From Chrysochromulina tobinii (lineage: Eukaryota), in assembly GCA_001275005.1 (NCBI GenBank), contig JWZX01003235.1:1-40790 (forward strand): a stretch of 40,790 nucleotides of DNA, given 5' to 3'. A model generated the notes under the pieces. It searched no databases and was not told where the DNA came from. It saw nothing but the letters and a program-made list of their open reading frames with translations. Below, piece after piece: positions 1-10,454 of this stretch (position 1 is the first letter of the stretch; each line of letters starts with the position of its first letter). Both the position numbers and the translations under genes were made by a program.

Positions 1-80
1 AAGATACATCACAATACATCAGGATACGTATCCTGATAACAAACCCCCCCAAACTCGATAACAAACCCCCCCTGACCCCG
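1..80. repeat. End of a repeat, probably a transposon/MITE terminus, cut by the window edge
   Basis: ATACATC occurs twice, followed by a perfect 20-bp palindrome ATCAGGATACGTATCCTGAT (18-37) and two copies of GATAACAAACCCCCCC (35-50, 57-72). Confidence 0.5.
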
Positions 81-323
81 GAAGCACCTGACTACAATGG
101 GGTTTCTGAGGCATTGGGGGGACGTCGTGTTCGTTAACAATACATCCCAACCGAGCCCAACGGACTGTAAACTAGGCTGAAGCTGAGCATTCCAAGGGGC
201 TGGCGAGGTGGCGAGCCCCTTGGTTGGTGCTCAGGCAAGACCTTTCCAAACAGTAACAGAAGAGAGATGGGGCCAGTTGGGAGCTCTTGGAGCCTAATCG
301 CGGGCTTGACGCGATCCGGCTCA

Positions 324-464
324 CACTATGTAGAATAACACCATAGGGTAATTACCTGAGTGTTGAAACCCTCCCCCAAGTTCAAAATCTCGCGCCCCAC
401 TATGTAGAAACACCATAGGGTAATTACCTGAGTGTTGAAACCCTCCCCCAAGGTCAAAATATCG
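324..464. repeat. Tandem direct repeat, two copies, 74-bp period
   Basis: CACTATGTAGAA..CACCATAGGGTAATTACCTGAGTGTTGAAACCCTCCCCCAAG(T/G)TCAAAAT starts at 324 and again at 398; AT-rich compared with its flanks. Confidence 0.85.
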
Positions 465-692
465 CCACTCGCGCCGCGGGCGCGCCCCGCCGGGGGGCCG
501 CCGGCCTACGGCCTTAACGGTTAACGCCGGCCGCCGCCGGCATAACGCCGGCAACGCCCCCCACGTCCTTTTCTTACCACCGAACACATCTTTTGCTGAA
601 CTGCTGATCCGATACTCGTGCAAGACTGCAAACGCACCTGCATGCTGCAGGCTGAGCCGCAAGCGCAACGCACCAGGACGTAACGAAGGTCC

Positions 693-3075
693 TCAACGGT
701 CTACTGCTCTACTCTGCGCTGTTTCTTCCTCTGTCAGCGAGACGACCTCGACAGGCTTCTCGGCGAGGAAGGCGTCCAGAACCTCTCGCCGCCTCTCGAC
801 AAACTCGCTCTGCGTCATCCGGCCGGCGTCCCGCAGCTCGCGCAGCTCTTCCAACCGAAGGTGTGACTTGGGTGGGCCAGGGCTCGGTGGCGGCGGCGTG
901 ACCACGCCACGTGCAGCGAGTGGCGAGCCGGTGCGTTTGGGGCTTGGCGTGCCGCCCCTCGCTGGGCTATGGAGTAGAGGCTTGGTATCGCTACGATGGG
1001 CGCCGGGCGTGGCGGCCAACCCGCGCGGGCTTGCACTGCCACTGCCTCCGCCTGCGCGGCCGCCTCCTCCGCAGCCCCCGTTGGTGGCGGTGGCGAGCGT
1101 GGCGCCGAGGCTGAGGTCCGCTACGATCGCATCCGCAGCAAGGCAGATCTCATGTGCGATGGACTCGATTACTTTGCCGTCGCGCAGCAGGCGCTCAACG
1201 GCAAGGCGCCGATCAGGCTGCGCCGCCAGCGCCCGTAGGTATGCGAGCGTGAGCGGCGCCGGCGGCCGCTCCATCCGCAGAGGCGCTGTCACCGCCGCCG
1301 CGATGACCTCGGCGATGCGCGTCGTCGCGGGCAGCTTCGGGTTCGTGTGGCGAGAGCGATTGGGCCTCTCCCATGGCTTCTCTGGATTGGCCTTGTCTGC
1401 TTTGGGCTCGCCGCCGTGCTCTTGTCCGCGCAGCAGCCAATCTGCCAAAGTCCATTCCACGGGTAGACCGGTAGGCCCAAGCAGACCTCCCACGCCCGCG
1501 GGCGAGCGCGAATACGCGTCAAGCGCGCCCGAGTACGAGTAGCCGTCGCGCGTACCTTCCTCGACCTTGGCGGCGGCCGCGGCGAAGCTCGAGTGCATGG
1601 CCGCCTCCTTTCGAGCCGTGGCGACGGCATTCTTGATCGCGGCCATGGAGATGAGCCCCACCTGACTACGTGTGGCGGCCATCTCCGGCTCCCACACGTC
1701 CTTGAGTGCCCGGGGCGGCGCCCCAAACGAGGACGACGGCCCGCTACGGGAATGTGGAGTCTTGGCTGCACACGTGGCTGCATGCAATCCGTTGGCAGCA
1801 TGGGATCCGGGAAAGCTAGGCGGTGGTGTCGGCGGCGGCGACTGCGCCAGCGCCGGCGAGGTGCCCGTCTTTCCCCGCGATGTGGAACGGGTAGCTTCTC
1901 GGCTCAATCTCGCGCTCTTCGCTTCGGCCGCTTGAGCACGCTCCTCCGCGAGGGTGGCGGCCGCCTCCGCCTCGGCCGCCTCGGCCGCGGCAGCTTGGAC
2001 GAGCCCAGACATGTCGGATGCATGCATATGCATGCATCCAGATCCCGACGTCCGCCGCGCGCGGGCACTCTCGTCGGCCCACGCATGCATCGTCGCCTCT
2101 TGCACACGCAGCCGTGCCGATGGCGACGTGGATATCGCGTCCGCCGCCGCCGCCGCTGCCGCCGCCGCCGCCGCCGCGCTGCTTCGCCTGCTATCAGCAC
2201 GGCTGGGTGAACGCAATGTGGCTGCGTGGCGGCTGCTGGGTGACGACGTGCGCGCAGCGGTGCGGGCGCCAGTGCTGGCGCCAGTGCTGGCGCCGAAGCG
2301 CGGCGAGGGCGAGCTCACATCATCTTCGTGGGCTGAATCCACGTCATCTTCCAGGGCCGCGGCCGCTGCCGCCTCCGTCGCGGAGCCGAAGGCGTTGGTC
2401 TGTGGCGGCGAGGGGGGGCACGGGCGTGCCGTAGGGCGAGGTTGCGCGCGGCGTCGTCGGCGCCGCACGGTACGGCGTAAACGAGTAGCGCGAGAGCACG
2501 ACCGCGTCGCCCTCATACGCGCACTGCACCCACGGACGGAGGCTGTCGGGCAACTGCGAGCCGGGCACGCGCGAATCGACGTCGCCCTCGCCGTCGAGGC
2601 GGAAGGTGAGACGGCGGCGCACGAAGTTGACGCGGACTTCCACCTCGCGACCGACTGCGGTGCGATTCAGGAAGAGGTAGCGCGGACTTCCATCGCTGTA
2701 TGGGTCACTCATTACTGCACTCGGGTGGCCAACTCGAGTTGGGCGTGGGAAGAGTTGGCCGTCCCATGGCCGAATGCCGCAGACGCGAGTGCCGTCCACG
2801 TTGGCCACGCCTACGCGGATCTTGGTTCCCGTCGTCGAGCGGCTCGAAGCGACCGTGAGCGTGAAGCGGTGCACGCCGAGCACGTCCGCCGTCATGACGA
2901 GGCGACCGAGTGCCGCATCACTGCCGCCGAGCAGCGCCACCCGCGTGTGCGTGAGGACCGTGCCCCGCTCGTCGTCGAGGCGGTGCGAGCGAAAATGCGG
3001 CGACGGCAGCCACGATTCGGCATCGCACTGATGACCGGCTTGGTACTGCGGGAAGACGCCGGTGTCTGACGACAT
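693..3075 (-). CDS. Hypothetical protein with an N-terminal SPRY/B30.2-like domain, a low-complexity middle and a C-terminal SHOCT domain; interrupted by a 1-nt frameshift in a C7 run at 2412-2418
   Basis: ATG at 3075 (MSSDTG...) lies in ORF 2344..3732 and gives a SPRY-like pattern (GVHRFTLTV..KIRVGVA..EVRVNFVRRRLTFRLDG..LRPWV). Removing one C from GTG CCCCCCC TCG joins it to ORF 693..2516 (TPVPPSPPQTNAF...), which ends in the SHOCT-like LEELRELRDAGRMTQSEFVERRREVL. Confidence 0.6.
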
Positions 3076-3199
3076 CGCCAAAAATTTCGCAAAGTGTGAA
3101 GTGTTCCGTGAGCGTGAATTTACTGTATTCCAAGAGGTAAACCCCGGTTTTGCCCAGCTGAGACCACGTGCCAAGACGACCAAGACTCTTGCCAAGACC
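3076..3199. promoter_or_regulatory. Short bidirectional promoter region
   Basis: 124-bp, lower-GC gap between divergent ATGs at 3075 (-) and 3200 (+). Confidence 0.45.
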
Positions 3200-4414
3200 A
3201 TGGAGTCAATGGACGAGCCTCCGCCGCCCGCCGCGGGCGGCGCGCTCGCGCCGCCTGCGCAGCGCCAAGCCGCAGTATTGGCACAACGCCGAGCAGGCGT
3301 GCTCGCCGCCTCCGACGCGCACGTGTGCTGCGTGAGTGGTGGCACCCTGCGCTTGCTCTCGACCGCGCCTCCGCACGCAGAGGAGTGTGCGCTCGAGCCA
3401 GCTCTGTTGACGTGCGCGAGCTTCAACGCGGCGGGCACGCGGCTGCTTGCGGCCGGCGGCGAGAAGCAGGTGGCACTCTGGTGGCTGGACGCATTCTCGC
3501 CGTCCTCGGCGCTGGCGGCACCGCTCGCGCCCGCCCTTCGGTGGACGGCAAGCAAAAAGGTTGGCTGTGTTGCCTTCTCGCCGGACGGCGCGATGGCGCT
3601 GTGGGCCGACATGTTTGGCGAGGTGCACGGCGTGGTTCTTGGCGACTGCGAGAACGATACGGCACCCGCGTTGATCCTCGGCCACCTCTCGCCAGTCTCG
3701 CACATCGCCTTCAGCGCCAACGGCGGCGCCATCCTGACATCGGACCGCGAAGGGCACGTGCGGAGTAGCCACTGGCCTCATGCTTTCGTCATTGAGTGCT
3801 ACTACTTGTCTCACATGACGCCGCTGCAGCTGCTGCTACCCCTGCGCCACGCCCCTCTCCTCCTTACCGTCGCTTCCGACGGCGCCGAGGTGTGCTACTG
3901 GCGAGCACACAGCGGCGTACTCCTGGGTACCATGAGCGCTGCCCGCCTTCTCGGGAACGTCGAGGCAGAGGCGGGCATGACGAGCGGTGGCGGCGGCGGC
4001 TGCAGCAGCGAGGGTGTCGACGGCACTGCTCTTGGCGCCAGCGGTGGCACCTGCATCATGAGCGGCTGCGAGGTAGTTGGCTCCGGCCTCATAGCGCTCG
4101 CCTTTGCAGGGCGTTGGGCAGTACATCTCTGTGCAATCGAGTGCGATTGCGATGCGGCGCATGCAAAGCTGGTGCCGCGGCCCGAGCTCACCGTCGCCCT
4201 GGCCGCGCAGCCGATCATCCTCGCCCATTCGAGAGGCTCTGGTCTCCTCTGCGCTCTCCTCGCCTGCGGCGCGGTGGTCCTCATGCCAGCGGCGGCGGAC
4301 GGCACTGTCGGCTTCGATGCCGCCAGGACGCGCACGATCGCGTTGCTGGCCGGTGGAGCCGCCGACGAGCCGGGTTTCGGTGCGGAGCCCGAAGATCAAG
4401 ATGACGATGACTAA
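3200..4414 (+). CDS. TRM82: tRNA (guanine-N7)-methyltransferase non-catalytic WD40 subunit (Trm82/WDR4)
   Basis: WADMFGEV...ILGHLSPVSHIAFSANGGAILTSDREGHVRSSHWPHAFVIECYYLSH matches the Trm82/WDR4 pattern ADKFGDV..LGH..TADRDEKIRVS.YP..IE.FCLGH. First ATG is at 3200. Confidence 0.8.
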   Translation: MESMDEPPPPAAGGALAPPAQRQAAVLAQRRAGVLAASDAHVCCVSGGTLRLLSTAPPHAEECALEPALLTCASFNAAGTRLLAAGGEKQVALWWLDAFSPSSALAAPLAPALRWTASKKVGCVAFSPDGAMALWADMFGEVHGVVLGDCENDTAPALILGHLSPVSHIAFSANGGAILTSDREGHVRSSHWPHAFVIECYYLSHMTPLQLLLPLRHAPLLLTVASDGAEVCYWRAHSGVLLGTMSAARLLGNVEAEAGMTSGGGGGCSSEGVDGTALGASGGTCIMSGCEVVGSGLIALAFAGRWAVHLCAIECDCDAAHAKLVPRPELTVALAAQPIILAHSRGSGLLCALLACGAVVLMPAAADGTVGFDAARTRTIALLAGGAADEPGFGAEPEDQDDDD

Positions 4415-5064
4415 CGCCAAGATCGGAGACTATCCTATTGCACCCAGAGGGAGAGTTCCTTTTGAGTATCATGGCAACGCTAACGGACCCGACGGGGCCA
4501 TTCTTCGCTTCTCTACAGTCCGTTCTTGTCAGGCGTGTGCACACCGGCTTAGGGTTGGCAGTCACCCAGTCCCGTGGGTGTGGCTGTGGGCTGTGGGGCG
4601 GCGCCCTTTTTGAGACCATGAGAAAGTTGTGAGTTAAAAGTAGTCACAGAAGGTGTCGTTCCAGGATCCAGGTCGAGAGGTCGTGCTCTCAGAGTCTGCC
4701 GTGCAGTCCCGAGTCCGCCAGCTCTTCGGCACGACGTTGTACCGTCATGTACCGTTCGCGGGGGCAATGCGCGGGGGGGGGAGGACTGTGTGTCGCGAAG
4801 CTCAAGAATTGAGCTCAAGGCTCAAGCTGTGCGCCCCAAACACTCAGGTCAGGCGCAATTACATTCCTCATCAAGCCCCCCCCCAGGCCGCGCGCTCGTG
4901 TTAACGTTCACACCCTCTCAAAAATTTGACTTGACTTCCAAAACGAGCCTCCAAAACCCGCGGCTGCTCCGCACAATGTCACACAGAAAACCTGTGCTCC
5001 TCATTCTGTACCAGGCGTCAGAGCGTGTGCGTCGTAGCGGTCCCGTGGTGGTTCCGCCGCGCAC

Positions 5065-8052
5065 ATGGATCCCACCGCGCAGCTACTATCGGCGGAGAAG
5101 CAAGGTCTACTAGACCAGCAGCTGTCGGATATTCCTTTCAATGGTGCGTACCCCTTTCGAGCGCCTGGATATCCTATATTGAAGGCTGCCGCACACGAAT
5201 TTGGGGCGCGTGATGAATCATTTACGCCAAGCGGCCCGCCAGTGAGTCCCGGCCAGCAAGCTCGTCAAAAGTGTGGATCTCCTCGAGCTACATGTATGCT
5301 CTCCGGCCGTTCACTTTCGAGTCGAGGCACATCTCCAAGAGCAGCTCGGAGCAACGGCGATTCACCAATCTCCGCATGGCGCCACGAAAGGGCACAAGCT
5401 ATCGTAATGAAGCCTGCGACAACGCGCGCCAACGCGTTGCCTGCAAGCCCTGGCAAACCACCCGCTCCCGCATCGCCGCCGCTGTCGCCAGGCAAGGAGC
5501 CTGTCCCTGCAGTGGCCGGCAACACGACAGGAATCGCCCCGTTCCTTCCGGACACGCCTACGCCCCCCCGCCAGAGGAAGGCGACCGTAACTCAGGATCC
5601 TGGAGCGCAGAAGCTGAGCGGCCCAATGAGGATCGTGTCAAGTATCGTGTCGTCGCAGGACGCCCTAGGGAAGAGGGACGCTCAACCTCAGCGCGCGAAG
5701 CCGCACGTCACGCACCATGTTGCGTTGTTAAGCGGCAATACCGCGGTGCAGACCACCCTCGACACCAGTGGACAGCACTTGCTAACGTGGAACTCCTCGA
5801 TCATGTTGGATGGTGTCACTCTACCAGCGGCCTCGTGCAACCTCTACCAGTTCCCGTTGTGTTCGCTGGTCGCCTCTGGTCCTCAATTCATGCCATCTGG
5901 GACCCAGCTAGAAGCTCTGAAGCAGCTGCTCATCGCACTGGCGACCGATGAGTTGTGCCCATTCTTCACCACACCAGACGAAGTCGGTGCCCTGATCATG
6001 CATGCCTTCGTCGTCGGCAACACAGAGACGTCGTTGGAGCTCGCAGCCGAAATCTACCGCAAAGTCCCAAAGCTGGTCGCGCAGACGCACGCGATGCACC
6101 GAGGCGGCGTTCCATTGTTCGTAGGGGAGTCCTCGCTTCACATCTGCTGCGTCAACCGGCGTGAGGATCTGCTGTGCGAGCTCTTGCAGATCGCTCTCGA
6201 CAACCTCTCGCGTAAGGAGGTGGCAGCGCTGCTCGGCTCGCAAGCCTCGGGCATCTTCTTTCACGAGTCGCCCATGAGATGGTATGGTGGTACGACCCTT
6301 GCCTATGCATGCTGCTTCGGGCTCCGCAAGGCAGTTCACGCCATGCTCGCGAGTGGCATCGTGTCATTTAATGACACATCTAGTTCGTGCAAGCTGACGG
6401 GGATGCTTCCACTCCACATTGTTGCGGCCAATGGACATCGATCGATGTATGACTGGATGACTTTGGAACTACCCGAGGCGTACCGCGCTGACACCACGGT
6501 GCTAGCGCGGGTGGGCTCCTTGGTCAGCTTGGGGCTGTACCGTCTCAACCCGATGCAGGTGGCTGTGCGTTTGGGCGACCACAAGACGGCCAAGCATTTG
6601 CTGCGCAAGCAGTGCTCTGTGCTCTGGAAATGGGGCCCCATCACGCAATACTCAATGTGCTTGAGTGGCGTGGACTCGGCCGGTTCGGGAAGTGGCGACG
6701 TGATGGAGCTTATTGGCCGATTTGATGCGGCGAAGGAGACGACGACGCTGTTGCTCGACTCCTTCTTGCGGGGCTTCATCTATCAACTCTTTCGCCAGAA
6801 GTGGGTCAAGTTTGGTTCCCGGATCCACTATGCGCGCTGCCTCATCGACATTTTAGGTTTGATCTGCCTCATTTACACGGCCATGTGCATGAAGGTCTAT
6901 CCGTCATTGGATTCACAGATGGATCTCCGTCCTTTTGCCATTGCAATCCTGTGCATTACCGCCTTCGGTGTCGAGGAGGAGCTCAGGCGCGCGCGCCTCT
7001 TCTGGAAGAATGAGGCGGGCAAGAAGATGGGAGCAGGGCTAGGCGCTCTGAGCAACTGGACCCTGGCGAAGCAAACGATTAGTTTTGTGCACAACCACGG
7101 CGGGACCACCTTTATGCTTGCGGCCGGGTGGACGACCGTCTCTTGCCTCCTGCTGCTTTTCTTCGACTTCCCCAAAGCTGCCGAAGACGAAAGCGGCGAC
7201 CCTCTGCTGTTCCGAGATCATAAAGGTCATGAGTCAGTGTCATCTTTGAGAGAGGTGCACTCTGAGCCATACGGCGATGGATCAGAGGAGATGCCCGGAT
7301 TGCTGTGGCTGAGTCTCTCGCTCTCCATCTTATTCTGGATGGCGTACATCGCGCACAAGCTCTTCACACCCTTCGAATCGCTCAACATCTTCTTGCTCAT
7401 AACCTACAAGGTGTTGTTCAACGATTTCGTGGTCTTCTTGTACCTCTTCGTGTACATATTCTGCTGTTCCTACTTCACCCTGTTTGTGCTCTTCCCGCGC
7501 ACGACTGGGCCTCTGCCCTTCATGGAGCCCATGAACACTTGGTTCAGTTCATTCGAGCACTTGATGGGGATGGCACTTGTTGGATATCATTTCTCGATAT
7601 CCCTGGACCCCAAGCACTTTGAGTCCATGTCGTATCTGCAGGCCGTCGACTTCGCTGTCTTCTACATCGGCTACTACTTCTATGTGCTGTTCGCCCTCGT
7701 CCTGCTCATGAATCTATTAGTAGCGATGCTCTCATTCACCTTCGTCGAGACGCGCCTGGAGTCCGCCCTCCAAAACCGCACCGCGTTTGCCAAGTTCGTG
7801 CTACAGCTCGAATTGCAGGCGGAAGCCCTTGGCATGGATGTCCATGCTGGCGAGCCCCGTGCCGATGGCAGCAGGGCTTTCGACTTCCGAGCGATCCAGT
7901 GTTTCTCGAGCAAGTCCCGAGGGATCGACAACGATGGGCACTATGGTGCCGGAGTCGTGTCCGAAGGTGGGGATGGTGGCAGCAACGTCTTCGAAGACGT
8001 TTCTTCCGATTTAGTCGTCGCAGACCTGAGCGAGGAGCCCACAAGACACTGA
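5065..8052 (+). CDS. TRPV-like ankyrin-repeat cation channel (995 aa, no introns)
   Basis: Ankyrin repeats (GESSLHICCVN, YGGTTLAYACCFG, GMLPLHIVAANG, LNPMQVAVRLG), the TRPV linker LWKWGPITQY..LSGVD, pre-S1 LFRQKWVKFG, several hydrophobic helices, and S6 motif LLMNLLVAML. Confidence 0.8.
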   Translation: MDPTAQLLSAEKQGLLDQQLSDIPFNGAYPFRAPGYPILKAAAHEFGARDESFTPSGPPVSPGQQARQKCGSPRATCMLSGRSLSSRGTSPRAARSNGDSPISAWRHERAQAIVMKPATTRANALPASPGKPPAPASPPLSPGKEPVPAVAGNTTGIAPFLPDTPTPPRQRKATVTQDPGAQKLSGPMRIVSSIVSSQDALGKRDAQPQRAKPHVTHHVALLSGNTAVQTTLDTSGQHLLTWNSSIMLDGVTLPAASCNLYQFPLCSLVASGPQFMPSGTQLEALKQLLIALATDELCPFFTTPDEVGALIMHAFVVGNTETSLELAAEIYRKVPKLVAQTHAMHRGGVPLFVGESSLHICCVNRREDLLCELLQIALDNLSRKEVAALLGSQASGIFFHESPMRWYGGTTLAYACCFGLRKAVHAMLASGIVSFNDTSSSCKLTGMLPLHIVAANGHRSMYDWMTLELPEAYRADTTVLARVGSLVSLGLYRLNPMQVAVRLGDHKTAKHLLRKQCSVLWKWGPITQYSMCLSGVDSAGSGSGDVMELIGRFDAAKETTTLLLDSFLRGFIYQLFRQKWVKFGSRIHYARCLIDILGLICLIYTAMCMKVYPSLDSQMDLRPFAIAILCITAFGVEEELRRARLFWKNEAGKKMGAGLGALSNWTLAKQTISFVHNHGGTTFMLAAGWTTVSCLLLLFFDFPKAAEDESGDPLLFRDHKGHESVSSLREVHSEPYGDGSEEMPGLLWLSLSLSILFWMAYIAHKLFTPFESLNIFLLITYKVLFNDFVVFLYLFVYIFCCSYFTLFVLFPRTTGPLPFMEPMNTWFSSFEHLMGMALVGYHFSISLDPKHFESMSYLQAVDFAVFYIGYYFYVLFALVLLMNLLVAMLSFTFVETRLESALQNRTAFAKFVLQLELQAEALGMDVHAGEPRADGSRAFDFRAIQCFSSKSRGIDNDGHYGAGVVSEGGDGGSNVFEDVSSDLVVADLSEEPTRH

Positions 8053-8176
8053 ATGACGATGCATGTGCAGATCTAGCAAGTCCAAGTGGGAGCGGCACTG
8101 CTCCCGATTGCTCACGGTCAAATGTTGGGAGCTGAGCTGTTCCCAACTCGCGAAGGTGCACACAAGAGCTGCCAAC

Positions 8177-8511
8177 CCATGGTGTGAAATCCGGTGTCTT
8201 GGGTGTCGAATGATAACCATTGACATGAAATTTGTTTGTGTGTGGTACCGTTTACGTGTTGTGTGTGAACGTTAACCAGTCACGGACCTCGGACGCGACA
8301 ACCGCGGTGTTACGGCACTGTTACTCGACTGGTGCCCGCTAAAGGTGACAATAACAGTGTTCGACAATAAAAGTGTTTGACAATACACACACGTCGAACA
8401 CACATTCTCACAGCCATTGCTTATAACTCGACACCCAAGACACCGGACCGGCGTACATACGTGTGCGGTTACAACTAGCTAGGGGACCCCTGGACCCCCT
8501 TCACACCATGG
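8177..8511. mobile_element. MITE-like element with inverted arms (family A)
   Basis: Termini CCATGGTGTGAA (8177-8188) and TTCACACCATGG (8500-8511). Inner inverted core CCGGTGTCTTGGGTGTCGA / TCGACACCCAAGACACCGG. Internal 16-bp tandem GACAATAA(C/A)AGTGTT at 8347-8385. The same core recurs at 24191 and 29171. Confidence 0.7.
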
Positions 8512-8660
8512 TTTTCATCATGAAGAGCACATAGGTGGAGTTCTTTGTTCTTGTGTGTTTGAGAGAAGGCCGCGCGGAACGCAATGCACGCGACTGCACG
8601 CGACGCGGCACGGCACACTCTTTGCCCCTTTTGTTACTGCCGGCAGTGCCATTCGACTTG

Positions 8661-10454
8661 ATGATGCGGTCCTCCTTCGGGTCGTCACGACTGCAGAAAT
8701 CCGCTATTAGCCTAGCTCACTGTCGAACCACACGCTGCCTCGCGAACATCTCATCCCGTTCGATAACAGCGGAGATCACGAGAGCCTCCTCACCACATCG
8801 GTTGCTTGCCGTCCATCAAGAGCATGCCAAAGCTTTCAACGACATTCACCTAAGCGCGTGTTGGAGTCGTGTATCAAAGCTCGCGAAACAGCATCAGCAG
8901 GACGATGCGCAGCTCCTCACGAGGCTACGGGAGCAGAGCCTCGCAATGATCCGTGAAGGCTGCCTGAGCTCGCGTGCATTGAGCAACATCGCGCATGCGC
9001 TGGCAGTCCGCAGCCCGTTGCCGCCCGAGCCGTGGGGTGAGATGTGGGATGCGATCGCACGCTCAGCGACGCGGCGTGTCGACGATTTCAACGAGCAGGA
9101 GATGTGCAACCTTGCCTGGGCATTTTCGAGCGCGCAGCGAGCCTCTTCGCCAGCCGGGCGTGACCTCTTCAACGCAGTGAGCGAGGCTGGCAGCCGACGC
9201 GCCGCGAGGTTCACGCCACTCGACCTGAGCCTGCTCGCCTGGGCCTTTGCGCGAGCGCAGCAGCCCGCTCCGCACCTCTTCGACGCGCTAGAGGAAGTCG
9301 CCATCCGCAGCGCGACCAAATTCACGCCACTACATCTCTTCAACCTGACTTGGGCCTATTCGACTCTGGGGCACCCTGCGCCTCGGCTGTACGGGGCGCT
9401 GGCGCATGCAGGCGCCGTGATGGCCGCCGATTTCGAGCCGCACCAGGCCGCCCTCACGGCCTGGGCATACGCGAACGCGGGTCACCCTGCGCCAGAGCTC
9501 TTTGATGCCCTCGCCGAGCGCCAGCTGCCAAATAAGGCAACTGCGGACTACGACTCGCTCGCGATCTGGGTGTGGGCATACGCGACCGCGCAGCACCCTT
9601 CCCCGAAGCTGTTTGCGGCGGTGGCGGAGATCGTCGTCGAGACGACCAGCTGCCAAATAAGGGACGGGAAGCTCGCAATGGCGCCCGTGGACGTGGCCAA
9701 CGTGGCCTGGGCGTACGCCGTCACCGACGAGGCAGCACCGCCCGCACTCTTCGACAGCCTGGCGCAGCAGGCACTCGCGCGGCTGGATCGGTTTGAGACG
9801 CGCCCCCTAGCGAAGCTTGCGTGGGCCTGTGCAGCGGTTGAGTACTCCCCATCCGAGGCCTTCGCCTCAAGCCTTGCCGAACGGTTTGAGTCGATGTCGT
9901 GGGAGATCCACCGAGATCGTGAGGAGCTGCGCCAGCTGCACCAGTGGCAGCTTTGGTTCGTGGAGCAGCAGCGTGCCGCGCCGTTCTCCCCTCATCTGAG
10001 CGCGCTCTGCCTTGACTCGTTCGTCCTCGGTGCTTCCGAGCATGGCACTCTCATCCCTGGGGGCACACGTGTCACGCGCTTCCAGCGACAGGTGACTGAC
10101 GGTCTGGCGGCCCTTGGGCTGCGCCCGGAGCCGGAGGTGGTCACCTCGAGTGGCTACACTCTCGACGCCCTCGTCCACTGGAAGGGCGAGCGGGTTGGGG
10201 TTGAGGCGGACGGACCACACCACTTCCGCGCACGTACCCACGTGCCGACGGCCTCGACGCAGCTCAAGCGGCGCCAGGTGCGTGCACTCGGCGAGATCCT
10301 ATGCCCCATCCCGTGGTGGGAGTGGAACGCATGCGGATCGGACGTACAGCAGCAGGGCGAGTATCTGCGCGCTGCGCTCGACCGGACGGTGGCCGAGGCC
10401 GGTGCGAGGAGGGTGGTGCCCCAGTGGCCGTGGGCAACTAAAGAATGTGGATGA
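8661..10454 (+). CDS. RAP-domain protein with helical repeats (FASTK/OPR/HPR-like organellar RNA-binding protein)
   Basis: Repeats of about 36-38 aa (F.P....AWAY/FA...HP.P.LF.A) followed by a C-terminal RAP domain (GYTLDALV..VGVEADGPHHF..STQLKRRQVRALG..PIPWWEW). The Arg/Ser-rich N-terminus from ATG 8661 resembles a transit peptide. Confidence 0.85.
   Translation: MMRSSFGSSRLQKSAISLAHCRTTRCLANISSRSITAEITRASSPHRLLAVHQEHAKAFNDIHLSACWSRVSKLAKQHQQDDAQLLTRLREQSLAMIREGCLSSRALSNIAHALAVRSPLPPEPWGEMWDAIARSATRRVDDFNEQEMCNLAWAFSSAQRASSPAGRDLFNAVSEAGSRRAARFTPLDLSLLAWAFARAQQPAPHLFDALEEVAIRSATKFTPLHLFNLTWAYSTLGHPAPRLYGALAHAGAVMAADFEPHQAALTAWAYANAGHPAPELFDALAERQLPNKATADYDSLAIWVWAYATAQHPSPKLFAAVAEIVVETTSCQIRDGKLAMAPVDVANVAWAYAVTDEAAPPALFDSLAQQALARLDRFETRPLAKLAWACAAVEYSPSEAFASSLAERFESMSWEIHRDREELRQLHQWQLWFVEQQRAAPFSPHLSALCLDSFVLGASEHGTLIPGGTRVTRFQRQVTDGLAALGLRPEPEVVTSSGYTLDALVHWKGERVGVEADGPHHFRARTHVPTASTQLKRRQVRALGEILCPIPWWEWNACGSDVQQQGEYLRAALDRTVAEAGARRVVPQWPWATKECG

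Noticed and set aside
324..464. Possible CRISPR array
   Set aside because: Only two long, adjacent copies with no unique spacers, no cas genes, and a eukaryotic context.
321..668. 115-aa ORF with a repeated peptide
   Set aside because: The peptide repeat simply reflects the 74-bp DNA tandem repeat, and there is no other coding signal.
1954..3069. Long antisense or alternative-frame ORFs (e.g. 1954..3069, 14293..15255, 27400..28371, 30851..32200, 37043..38038)
   Set aside because: Shadow ORFs expected at high GC opposite real genes; Arg/Ala-rich with no motifs.
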